From positions 8,318-51,531 of the forward strand of contig MHTJ01000002.1 in NCBI GenBank assembly GCA_001823065.1: a DNA stretch of 43,214 bases, read 5' to 3'. This document shows positions 1-8,080 of this stretch, one piece after another. The notes under the pieces are model-generated. The model was not told the DNA's origin. It saw only the letters and a program-made list of their open reading frames with translations, and searched no databases. This stretch comes from Candidatus Vogelbacteria bacterium RIFOXYD1_FULL_44_32. GTDB lineage: Bacteria; Patescibacteriota; Minisyncoccia; Phycocordibacterales; XYD1-FULL-46-19. The stretch's first letter is position 1, and each line of letters starts with the position of its first letter. Position numbers and translations under genes: made by a program.

Positions 1-4
1 TCAA

Positions 5-784
5 CTATTGCCCCAAAATTATCCTCGTCAAAAACACCTGCATCGCCTCCCAGGCTGACGCCAGTTGCATCCTGCCCCGCATAAAAGCCGATGGAGTCGC
101 CACATTAAAATTGGTACTTACCCCTTTAACTGAATCATCTTTGTATTTGCGTACCACCGCATAGCTCTGGCCCACCTTGACGGTGCTTGGCATTTTTACC
201 ACTTCCGAACCATCATTGGCTGTTTTGTTGGCCACTTGCACACACACCACTGGAGTCTTGCTACAAATCAAAATATCTATTTCTCCCGTGCCAAGGGCAA
301 GCCATGTCACCGCTTTTTCCGTGCCAACCCGCCAGATGCTCCCGCTATCAAGACCAACTACTTTTACATATTTAACCAAGGTGGGAGACAAAGGGGCCAC
401 CGCTGGTGAAGTAGCGGTTTTATTAACCGTAAAACTAACTGAATTACTTTGTAATTTGGTCGCTGAATCAAAAACGGATAAGCTATGACTACCAGCCGCC
501 AAGTCTTGGACGCGATATTTTACCTCCTTACCTAAAACATCACTGAAAATAAGGTTGGCTAGTGGTACTTTCTTGCCATCCACAAAAATTTGGGTCCGGC
601 TTAAATTGGCACCCAATATAGAAACCCAGGTTCCTGGGGTGGTGCTAGCCGAGCTAAGCTTGGTAATAGCTGGGGCTGGTGTCGTGGTGGCAGAAGTGAC
701 GGTTTGGGCCTCGGCGACCGAAATCACCCCGCCTCCACAAACCAAAACTAAAGCTAGAATTAAAATTAAATTACGGCTGGCCAT
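5..784 (-). CDS. Secreted surface protein with a Thr/Ser-rich linker and beta-sandwich modules
   Basis: The 259-aa ORF has an N-terminal signal peptide (MASRNLILILALVLVCGGGVISVAEA|Q). A TTTPAP linker and IPT/TIG-like segments follow. The C-terminal part resembles the module repeated in the two neighbouring giant proteins. Confidence 0.6.
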   Translation of the reverse strand: MASRNLILILALVLVCGGGVISVAEAQTVTSATTTPAPAITKLSSASTTPGTWVSILGANLSRTQIFVDGKKVPLANLIFSDVLGKEVKYRVQDLAAGSHSLSVFDSATKLQSNSVSFTVNKTATSPAVAPLSPTLVKYVKVVGLDSGSIWRVGTEKAVTWLALGTGEIDILICSKTPVVCVQVANKTANDGSEVVKMPSTVKVGQSYAVVRKYKDDSVKGVSTNFNVATPSAFMRGRMQLASAWEAMQVFLTRIILGQ

Positions 785-850
785 CGGCTTGAAAAATAAA
801 GTTGATAATAATTACTTTTAAGTATAGAGTAAGTCAGCAAATTGTAAACT

Positions 851-1666
851 ATGCGGAAATTAAAGATTATCGGGCAAATTATTGTCATCCTCTTCGCCGG
901 CGCTGGCGCTTTTTTCATTTTCGGTTGGATTGCGGTCAATTTAGGCCTCACTAATACTCCGGGAATAAGGGGTAATCGACTAAATGTCGACCAGCCCGCG
1001 CCGACCCAGTACGGCGCGGGCTCTTCAGTTTGGCACGAGGGTGAAGAATGGGATTCATTAGAAACAGCCATTAAAAAAGATGCTGAGCTAATTAATCGCG
1101 TGGCCCAGGAAACCAATGTCCCCGCCCGCGCCATTGTCGCCCAACTCGTCGTCGAACAACTCCGTCTCTTTCATACCGAGCGCGCCGCTTTTAAAGAAAT
1201 TCTGTCTCCCTTGAGAATTTTGGGCAACCAAGTGCTGTTTTCTTGGGGTGTTATGGGAATGAAAGAACAGACAGCAATTGAGATTGAAAAACACCTCCAA
1301 AATCCTGATTCACTATTCTATCCCGGCCCAAAATATGAACATCTGCTAGATTTTAAGACCACCGACCACAACAAAGAACGGTTTGACCGTATTGCCAACG
1401 AAAAGAACCATTACTATGCTTACCTGTATGCTGGATTGTATTTAAAGGAGGTGCAGACCCAGTGGCAAAAAGCCGGCTACGATATCACAAGTGAGATCGG
1501 GATTTGGAGTACTTTATACAACATTGGCTTTGTTCATTCTGAACCAAAACCAAACCCGGCGGTGGGTGGGGCGGCCATCTTGATTGGTGATACCACTTGG
1601 AGCTTTGGCGGCCTCGCACAGGAATTTTACGAAAGTGATAAACTTTTAGCAGAATTCCCAAGATAA
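851..1666 (+). CDS. N-terminally membrane-anchored hypothetical protein
   Basis: The 271-aa ORF has one hydrophobic helix near the N-terminus (IIGQIIVILFAGAGAFFIFGWIAV). I recognise no family. The hairpin at 1672-1706 and a strong terminator follow it. Confidence 0.6.
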   Translation: MRKLKIIGQIIVILFAGAGAFFIFGWIAVNLGLTNTPGIRGNRLNVDQPAPTQYGAGSSVWHEGEEWDSLETAIKKDAELINRVAQETNVPARAIVAQLVVEQLRLFHTERAAFKEILSPLRILGNQVLFSWGVMGMKEQTAIEIEKHLQNPDSLFYPGPKYEHLLDFKTTDHNKERFDRIANEKNHYYAYLYAGLYLKEVQTQWQKAGYDITSEIGIWSTLYNIGFVHSEPKPNPAVGGAAILIGDTTWSFGGLAQEFYESDKLLAEFPR

Positions 1667-1671
1667 TTACT

Positions 1672-1706
1672 GCCAACTATTGGACACCGAGTGTTCAATA
1701 GTTGGC
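1672..1706 (+). repeat. REP-like palindromic hairpin, copy 1
   Basis: The sequence is gccaactattgGaca-ccgag-tgtTcaatagttggc. It forms a 15-bp stem with one G.T pair that is a valid wobble only in plus-strand RNA. It lies 6 nt after the stop of the plus-strand gene. A second copy is at 6179-6207. Confidence 0.6.
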
Positions 1707-1711
1707 AAATC

Positions 1712-1750
1712 AAAAACTCCCCCGCCGGCTCTGCCGGCGGGGGAGTTTTT
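1712..1750. terminator. Bidirectional intrinsic terminator between convergent genes
   Basis: The sequence aaaaactcccccgccggc-tct-gccggcgggggagttttt forms a perfect 13-bp GC stem flanked by an A-run and a T-run. Confidence 0.8.
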
Positions 1751-1759
1751 CATCTATAT

Positions 1760-3664
1760 TTACAATAACCAATCCACAAACTTCTCCCACAAAGATTTTG
1801 AAGCTCCAGTAGTATTAGCCAACTGGTTTTCAGTATCAGCTGAAGCGGTTGTGTTTGGTATAATCTGGAACCGATTGGCCGACCGAGCTTCAATCGACGC
1901 TCCATTTACACGATATACTGTGCCATCAGGATTCATTACTTTAGCCACAACATAATATTCTTTGTTTAAGAGATTGGCGTCAAGAATATTAGGATAGATA
2001 TTTACTCTAAAACCCCCTGAGGTACTAATCGTAGTACGATCATTTGCCGGAGGAATATTAGTAGTATTGCCATTATTAAGATCGGACTTGAAATACAGTT
2101 GGATAACTTTACCACGAGGTAGCCCCTCGTAGGTAACAGTCACAGGATTGGCAGCTACTCTATTTGTCCAAACTAGAGGGAAGTCCTCGACTACTACCGA
2201 AGTAATTTTTGGCACCGTTGGAGCACTTTGAGCAGGACCAGTCACAGTAAAATTCCAACTGCCTGTCATACCAGCAAACTGGAAGGAATAATTACCTGGG
2301 ACCAAACTAGTCGTCGGTATATTAAGCCTAACCGCGCCCTCGTTACCTCCTAAATTTATATAGGTTGGGGTAATAGCAGGTGTGACCCCAGATATAGCGA
2401 GAGCTCGGTCACGTAGACCAATACCATCAACGACAAAAGTCTGCCCCTTAAGTACAGTAGCGGTAAATGGCCAGACTGTTGGTGTTGCCAGATTTATATT
2501 TCCACTAATTGCTAGGTTTGTCGTCTGATTATTTAACACTAGCCCATCTATTTGACCAACTCTAATAGAATTAATAGCTGCTGAATATTGTCCAGGATTG
2601 GGAAGTTTGTCTTTTCTAAAAGTTAATCTGACATGAAATTTTTCGGTCGTCCCAGCTTTGATTACATAGACAGCAAAACCATCGGTATCCCAACGAACAA
2701 ACTGACTAACCGAGGAAGAAGTTGAATCGACTCCATTTATCCGGAGAAGACCAATTTTAGTAGATTCCGAACTTGATATAGAAACAACTTGATTGGCGTT
2801 ATTTTTTACAACAATACCTGTTCCATTGGGATGAATATATACATCACCATCGGTAGCCCTGACAGATATTACAGCGTCAACTCTTGCTGTCTCAACACCA
2901 GAAGCACCTTTAAACATTTCAGTTTGAGTAGTAAAAGAAGAACTATCAAACGTAGCGGTTGCTACCCCACGTCTTTTAATCGTAAATGGTTGTGACCCGG
3001 CTCTAGCCTGGATAATTGCACCATTAATTTGATACTCGTTATAATTTGCATCAACTAAAACAACTCTCTCAACAAGAGGCTTGTCTATATTGGACAGATT
3101 TGTAGTACCTGCAGTTTGGTAGCCAGTCCCAGTACCACTAGCTTGAGTAACTGCCATATGAGCAAAATTCACCCACCGATTGTCCACATTATTCCAGGCT
3201 CCATATCTAAACTTTAGATTTCTGTCAGTGGGAATACCTGAATATGACCAAGTTATATTTTTGGCTGTTTCTTGATAAATCCAAACCGGCTGATTGTCTT
3301 GAATATTTACAGCCGAAATAGTTGCCGGCACAACTGGATTTACTGTGACTGTCTTTGTTGAGGAATTTGACCCAGTAGAATCACTTGCTGTAAAAGTAAG
3401 GGTAAAAGTACCAGCGCGACTAAACGAATAAGTCGAAGTATTAGTACTCTGGTTTGATTTGTTGCCTGTACCATCACCTGGATTGAAAGAATAACCCGTT
3501 ATACCACCTGAAGCCTGACTAGTGGCGACAACGGTCCACGTCCCAGACTGGCCCACATTTAGAACACTCGGACCTGTAACACTATTTATTGTTGGTGCGG
3601 CCAAAACATAACCAGGCGCTACCACCAAAACTGCCAAAACCAAAAACCGCAAAAGATATTTCAT
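1760..3664 (-). CDS. Secreted PKD-domain surface protein (634 aa)
   Basis: It has a signal peptide (MKYLLRFLVLAVLVVAPGYVLA). A PKD-like domain lies near the N-terminus (GPSVLNVGQSGTWTVVATS...YSFNPGDGTG...YSFSRAGTFTLTFTASDSTG). Two copies of a ~115-aa module are also found in the 777-aa neighbour. Confidence 0.75.
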   Translation of the reverse strand: MKYLLRFLVLAVLVVAPGYVLAAPTINSVTGPSVLNVGQSGTWTVVATSQASGGITGYSFNPGDGTGNKSNQSTNTSTYSFSRAGTFTLTFTASDSTGSNSSTKTVTVNPVVPATISAVNIQDNQPVWIYQETAKNITWSYSGIPTDRNLKFRYGAWNNVDNRWVNFAHMAVTQASGTGTGYQTAGTTNLSNIDKPLVERVVLVDANYNEYQINGAIIQARAGSQPFTIKRRGVATATFDSSSFTTQTEMFKGASGVETARVDAVISVRATDGDVYIHPNGTGIVVKNNANQVVSISSSESTKIGLLRINGVDSTSSSVSQFVRWDTDGFAVYVIKAGTTEKFHVRLTFRKDKLPNPGQYSAAINSIRVGQIDGLVLNNQTTNLAISGNINLATPTVWPFTATVLKGQTFVVDGIGLRDRALAISGVTPAITPTYINLGGNEGAVRLNIPTTSLVPGNYSFQFAGMTGSWNFTVTGPAQSAPTVPKITSVVVEDFPLVWTNRVAANPVTVTYEGLPRGKVIQLYFKSDLNNGNTTNIPPANDRTTISTSGGFRVNIYPNILDANLLNKEYYVVAKVMNPDGTVYRVNGASIEARSANRFQIIPNTTASADTENQLANTTGASKSLWEKFVDWLL

Positions 3665-3761
3665 TTTTATAAACTTAATATTAATAAAACATTTTTATAA
3701 CTAAGACTAATCTGGCCTTATTATACGCCCCCGCAACCTAACTTCAAAAAACTTATGCACA

Positions 3762-3800
3762 AGCCCCCGCCGAGCTTTGCTCGGCGGGGGCTTTGTTTTT
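3762..3800 (-). terminator. GC-rich hairpin immediately downstream of the 760-aa surface protein gene
   Basis: The hairpin agcccccgccgagc-tttg-ctcggcgggggct lies 2 nt after the stop codon on the minus strand. The downstream U-tract on the minus strand is interrupted. Confidence 0.55.
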
Positions 3801-3801
3801 A

Positions 3802-6084
3802 TTAGTGGGGGCTAACAACACCAATTCGTTTTCCACTAGCATCAAGATAAACTTTGACAACCTTATCATAACTATAAATTTCTCCCCGCTTCCAAATTTC
3901 GCTAGCAATGAGACAATCGGCAGTACTGCCAACCTTTGAGCAATAGTCAGTCATCTCACTATTAACAATCCGCTTGTCGGTATTAATATCTGCTGGATGA
4001 TAAGTGGTAACTGAATCATCGGCGACAACCTCAAAAGTCTGGGCTGATATAGCCTCAATCCGCCGACCCTGGGGCCGATAATCAGTTCCATCGGCATTGA
4101 CCAACCTCACCCTGATATAGTTTTTGACATTAAACCACGGTCGGCCCACCTTGGCGGTGATTACCGCGCTTTGGGTGCCAGCAGTGCTATTGACCGCAAC
4201 CGAAGTGCTGTTACCCCACATCCCACCATTTAAATCAGAATAAAGACCGACCTTAAATCTAAGAGCATTCCCCTTGTTAAGGGGCACATTATTATAATTC
4301 CAAGTGATAGTTTTTCTGGTTTGTTGATTAAACCATTGAGGTTGATTGCCGACAATCTGGACATTATCGATAACAGAAACTGAGACATTTAAGCGGTCAG
4401 AAATTAATTGAGCGTCAGCGGGGGTAACCCGACCATCATTATTTACATCCGCTGCTTTATAAGAACAACTTGTCACCCTAACTGTGCCAGTGTATATATT
4501 ATTAGCCATAACCGCATCGGCTGTAGTCAGTCTTCCATCCTGATTGGCATCTCCCCAAACATTAGTACAAGAAGAATTACCACCGTCGTTGACCGTAAAA
4601 TATACTGTATTGCTTTTACCCCAAGACAGATGCTGAATATAGAGTGAATGACGACCAGACCGCAAATTAGGGAGAGGGGCTGTGATCCAAACCGTACCAT
4701 TGTCCTGTATCCGACCACCGTCCAATAATTTACCATCGATATATAGCTGATTCAATTCAAGATCAAGTCTCTCGCCAAAGATTGTCATCTCCTCATTTGA
4801 TGAAACCGGTGTTTCCACTCGTGAAATATACGGCGCTCTCTCACCGACAATTGCGAGCTTGTTGCCAAGTGCGATATTTGATTGAACCAGAGAGACTCCA
4901 GACTGATCTTTTAAATTATTGTCAAAGTAAATCCCTCTTACCCGACCGTTATATACACCGCCAAACAAAACTGCTGTGTCATAACGGGTTTCAACTCTCA
5001 CCGACATAGTCTCTCCTGCTTTAAGATGATAGTATTTTTTTCCCTTGCTGTCGGTCACGGTCTCGATATCACCAGAAACATGATTGCCTTGCATAACCTT
5101 CGCTGAACCAGCGGCTGGTAAACCATCTCTGTCTAGACTGAGAGCAATGGGCTGTTCAGCCCAGATATAACTATCTTTATTTTCCGGCGCGGCAATTTCC
5201 GCGGTAAAAGAAATATCAAGGAAAGGTATTTGGGGCTTAGCTGGGTTATAACTTGTTTCAATCTGGTCATCGTCAATGTCAACAATACTTGGGGTGCCTG
5301 CAATTGGATTATCCTCTCCCACCCTCACATTAATCCCCGCCTCGGCCGTATCACCGGAACTATTTGTCACTCTAGCAATTATTTTATAAATCCCAGCCTG
5401 TGAATAAGCATGGGAAAAAGTTGCCGTCTGAACAAAATCGGTCGGCTCGATAAATTGGGCACAAACCTTACCAGTTGGGCAAATACCTTCATCTCCCCAA
5501 TTTATAGAATAAGACAAACTTTCATTGTCAGAGTCAGTCGCTTTTATTTTCCAAGTACCTTTTTTCCCAACAGCTATCGATGTCGGCCCACTAATACCTT
5601 TTATAACTGGAGCTTCTGTTTCAACTGGGTGTTCACAATCAGCCGTCACCAACCGGGCATTGATATGGGCACGAGTAATTTCACCAAGGTAACCACTAGC
5701 TGGATTAATGCCGTTATCAGACTGATAGCGGGCTAAAGCACTAACTACACTTGGATCAAATATCGCCTTATCTAACTTTATAGGGGTATAACCAGGAGTA
5801 TTGGCATACACCCGATTTAGGTAATTTTGTAAAATTAACACCTCTCTATTTTCAATCGGACTAAAACCCCAATTCTTTTTAATTGTACATTTGAACGCAA
5901 TAGACTCTTCACTGTCGCTACTTTGACCACCAAGTTGCTGTTGTAGAACCGCCACCTGTTTCAACAGAGCCTCAATTTGGGCCTGAAGTTCAACCACACT
6001 AACTGCCTGCACTTTTGTGGGCAAAACCAGAACTGGCGTTAAAATAAACGCCACTGCCACCAACGATATGATTATTTTTTTCAT
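3802..6084 (-). CDS. Secreted multidomain surface protein with PG-binding-like, PKD and dockerin-like repeats
   Basis: The ORF runs to 6135, but the signal peptide starts at the internal MKKIIISLVAVAFILTPVLVLPTKVQA (ATG at 6084). Recognisable segments include:
- a coiled-coil linker;
- a PG_binding_1-like segment (LQNYLNRVY...ALARYQSDNGINPASGYLGEITRAHI);
- a PKD domain (SGPTSIAVGKKGTWKIKATDSDNESLSYSINWGDEG...YKIIARVTNSSGDTAEA);
- paired dockerin-like Ca-binding repeats (GDANQDGRLTTADA / ADVNNDGRVTPADA);
- the shared ~117-aa module at 4024-4374. Confidence 0.75.
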   Translation of the reverse strand: MKKIIISLVAVAFILTPVLVLPTKVQAVSVVELQAQIEALLKQVAVLQQQLGGQSSDSEESIAFKCTIKKNWGFSPIENREVLILQNYLNRVYANTPGYTPIKLDKAIFDPSVVSALARYQSDNGINPASGYLGEITRAHINARLVTADCEHPVETEAPVIKGISGPTSIAVGKKGTWKIKATDSDNESLSYSINWGDEGICPTGKVCAQFIEPTDFVQTATFSHAYSQAGIYKIIARVTNSSGDTAEAGINVRVGEDNPIAGTPSIVDIDDDQIETSYNPAKPQIPFLDISFTAEIAAPENKDSYIWAEQPIALSLDRDGLPAAGSAKVMQGNHVSGDIETVTDSKGKKYYHLKAGETMSVRVETRYDTAVLFGGVYNGRVRGIYFDNNLKDQSGVSLVQSNIALGNKLAIVGERAPYISRVETPVSSNEEMTIFGERLDLELNQLYIDGKLLDGGRIQDNGTVWITAPLPNLRSGRHSLYIQHLSWGKSNTVYFTVNDGGNSSCTNVWGDANQDGRLTTADAVMANNIYTGTVRVTSCSYKAADVNNDGRVTPADAQLISDRLNVSVSVIDNVQIVGNQPQWFNQQTRKTITWNYNNVPLNKGNALRFKVGLYSDLNGGMWGNSTSVAVNSTAGTQSAVITAKVGRPWFNVKNYIRVRLVNADGTDYRPQGRRIEAISAQTFEVVADDSVTTYHPADINTDKRIVNSEMTDYCSKVGSTADCLIASEIWKRGEIYSYDKVVKVYLDASGKRIGVVSPH

Positions 6085-6178
6085 CTTAAAATAAGATAAT
6101 AATAAACTAGGATTAATCTGGACAACAGTATACAAGAAAAATCAGTGCTCGTACAGGGGGGTGGATAGAGTAATTTTT

Positions 6179-6207
6179 AACTATTGAACACCGAGTGTCC
6201 AATAGTT
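6179..6207 (-). repeat. REP-like palindromic hairpin, copy 2
   Basis: The sequence aactattgAaca-ccgag-tgtCcaatagtt is identical to 1675-1703 except at the two paired positions. The pair is A/C on the plus strand but G.U in minus-strand RNA. It lies downstream of the minus-strand gene 6309-7466. Confidence 0.6.
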
Positions 6208-6308
6208 TGATAATTAAAACAATCAGATAACAAAAAACCGCCCCGCGCGCTCCCAGCATTTTATTGCTAAAAGTCGCACGAGGCGGGTTACTTCAAAACA
6301 GGAACAGA

Positions 6309-7466
6309 TTAGCCGATGCCTCCTTCGCCGTAGGCGAAGATGGCGTCAAAGGCACCGTCTGAGTCTTCGTTGCCGAAGACCGTGACAATCACCTTGGCTG
6401 GACCGGCCGGGATGCTCAGAACAGACCAGTCACTGGGTCCACCAGCCTTGGCCACCGGACCACGCGACTCCTCGATTTCCGCCTCAAGATCGGCAATTTC
6501 CGCCACCTCTTGTTGCGAACTCGAAACCGCTAGTGGCAGATTGGGCATCTCGCCGGACTGGCGATACTCCCAAGCCTGCACTTGGCCCTGGAAATCTCCG
6601 AGAAACAATACCGTGGGCGAGTACTCGTCTCGCTCCACAATGAAAGTCTTGGAGACGACACGTTCACCACCCAGATCCGACTGGCCGGTGAAGGTCTGAG
6701 CCGGATGGTCAGAGTACCACTGGTCCTGCTCCGGATCGAGCATCACGGATGTGATGCCGTCGATGTACGTCAAGTTCAGGTGATGCCCTTCATCCGTCGC
6801 AGGGACAGACACCGGACTCACCGTCCCACTGGCCAGCACTTCGCCGGTGGAGGCATCATAGATTTGATAATCCTGCTCGCCATCGAGCGGGTTACACCAA
6901 ACCCGGAAGCCCCCGAGGTTCTGATTGTACTCGGCAACCTCTCCACCCTCCGTCCGCAGACGCAAGTTTTCGGGGTCCACGCCGGCTGGCGGTTCATATG
7001 CAACAAACTCTACCTGCCAATCGGGGCGAAGCATAATGGTAATGGCCTCGCCCGGCTCGTAGTAGCCGTTGTTGGCGTACCCATACATCACGGTATCGCC
7101 GTTCACGAGCGCTGACAGGCTGATGGAAAAATCGCTGACGGCGACGATTGGACTCGGCAGGGTCGGAAGCGGGTTCGACGGATCGTCGTGAATGACCACC
7201 CCGTCGATTTCCACATAGACAACCTGTTTGTCCGCGTCCAAGCGGAACTCGCCATCCACATAGTGACTCCGGCTGACACCGATCGTTTCGGCCGGACGCT
7301 CGTGACTAAACCAACCTCGATACTCGTTGGGCTGGAAGCCGGCCAAGAGTTGCGCCAACATTTCGGACGTCGCCCCGCGCTCGGGGTCAACACTTGGCCC
7401 GGCGCCAAACGCCGAAACTTGGGCCACCACAAGCGCCAAAACCAGGGACAGGATGTGCTTCTTCAT
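6309..7466 (-). CDS. Secreted acidic hypothetical protein in a GC-rich island
   Basis: The ORF runs 6309-7472 with a signal peptide (MKKHILSLVLALVVAQVSAFGA). AGGAG at 7475-7479 is 8 nt from the ATG at 7466 and only 2 nt from the ATG at 7472. Hand counts give about 60-62% GC (lines 6361 and 7021). I recognise no family. Confidence 0.65.
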   Translation of the reverse strand: MKKHILSLVLALVVAQVSAFGAGPSVDPERGATSEMLAQLLAGFQPNEYRGWFSHERPAETIGVSRSHYVDGEFRLDADKQVVYVEIDGVVIHDDPSNPLPTLPSPIVAVSDFSISLSALVNGDTVMYGYANNGYYEPGEAITIMLRPDWQVEFVAYEPPAGVDPENLRLRTEGGEVAEYNQNLGGFRVWCNPLDGEQDYQIYDASTGEVLASGTVSPVSVPATDEGHHLNLTYIDGITSVMLDPEQDQWYSDHPAQTFTGQSDLGGERVVSKTFIVERDEYSPTVLFLGDFQGQVQAWEYRQSGEMPNLPLAVSSSQQEVAEIADLEAEIEESRGPVAKAGGPSDWSVLSIPAGPAKVIVTVFGNEDSDGAFDAIFAYGEGGIG

Positions 7467-7505
7467 CGTCATTTCTCCTTCGTTCGTTCGTTTTCGTTTC
7501 GTTTT

Positions 7506-7883
7506 CTACTTCACGCGAACTTCGAGCTGCATGGGCGGCTCGAAGCTATAGCCAACAGAATTTGCCTTCAGCTCCTCGGCCGATACCAGCTTCGCCGGTT
7601 CGGCTTCAGAGCGGACGGTTGCCGACTGGTTTAGCCGAACAACTGGCTCCGCCGAACGGCTAGTGGCCGGCCGGCTTATTTGCTGGGACTGCTGGGGGTG
7701 GAAAGGGTCACTCAAGACCCCACCCCGAATCCCGATTACCACCAAAATAGCGGTAACCAGAACCCCTACAAACAGCACCGCCCCGAAAAACTGCTTTGGG
7801 TTCAATGTGTTTTTCCTTCCTGCCCGGCAAAAAACCGGTATTTTGACAAGTTCCAAGCATAAATAGCCCTTAACATAGGCCAT
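7506..7883 (-). CDS. Small membrane-anchored hypothetical protein in the GC-rich island
   Basis: The 125-aa ORF has one TM helix (FFGAVLFVGVLVTAILVVIGI). The start is uncertain: either the ATG at 7883, 13 nt after a -10 box, or an internal TTG preceded by AGGAAGG. It is co-oriented with and upstream of 6309-7466. Confidence 0.45.
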   Translation of the reverse strand: MAYVKGYLCLELVKIPVFCRAGRKNTLNPKQFFGAVLFVGVLVTAILVVIGIRGGVLSDPFHPQQSQQISRPATSRSAEPVVRLNQSATVRSEAEPAKLVSAEELKANSVGYSFEPPMQLEVRVK

Positions 7884-7896
7884 TTTTCTATCGACT

Positions 7897-7927
7897 ATTG
7901 TATCATATTTATTGACAATTTGTCAAT
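7897..7927 (-). promoter_or_regulatory. Sigma70-like promoter with a palindrome over the -35 box
   Basis: On the minus strand, TTGACA (7921-7926) is followed by an 18-nt spacer and TACAAT (7897-7902), 13 nt upstream of the ATG at 7883. A perfect inverted repeat attgacaa-t-ttgtcaat (7911-7927) overlaps the -35 box. Confidence 0.4.
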
Positions 7928-7947
7928 AGCTGTGATTTTGTGAGGTT

Positions 7948-7968
7948 TTTGTCCGCCCTCCACGAATC
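7948..7968 (-). repeat. Direct duplicate of the tRNA 3' end plus trailer (att-like)
   Basis: The 18-nt sequence tttgtccgccctccacga at 7948-7965 is identical to 8077-8094, which covers the tRNA T-arm/acceptor 3' strand plus 4 trailer nt. The match is 20 of 21 nt when extended. An inverted 15-nt copy of the T-arm region is at 8043-8057. Confidence 0.7.
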
Positions 7969-8080
7969 TCACCCCTGGGAAACCCTCGGTTTTCCCAATC
8001 CTTCCTCCACGGGGAAACTACAGTTTCCCCGACCCCCTTCGAGTTCGAATCGTGGAGCTCCTCCAAATACTCCGTATTTG

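Noticed and set aside
7473-7505. Short tandem (A)ACGA(A) repeats between the two island genes, considered as a possible CRISPR or tandem-repeat locus.
   Set aside because: The stretch is only about 30 nt of simple pentamer-like sequence with no spacer structure. No CRISPR-like repeat-spacer array exists anywhere in the window.
6340-7663. Many long plus-strand ORFs (6340-6699, 6582-7115, 7188-7634, 7327-7551 and 7394-7663) and nested minus-strand ORFs in the island.
   Set aside because: These are typical stop-poor antisense or alternative frames of high-GC coding sequence. The minus-strand frame with a signal peptide, SD and full length is the coherent gene.
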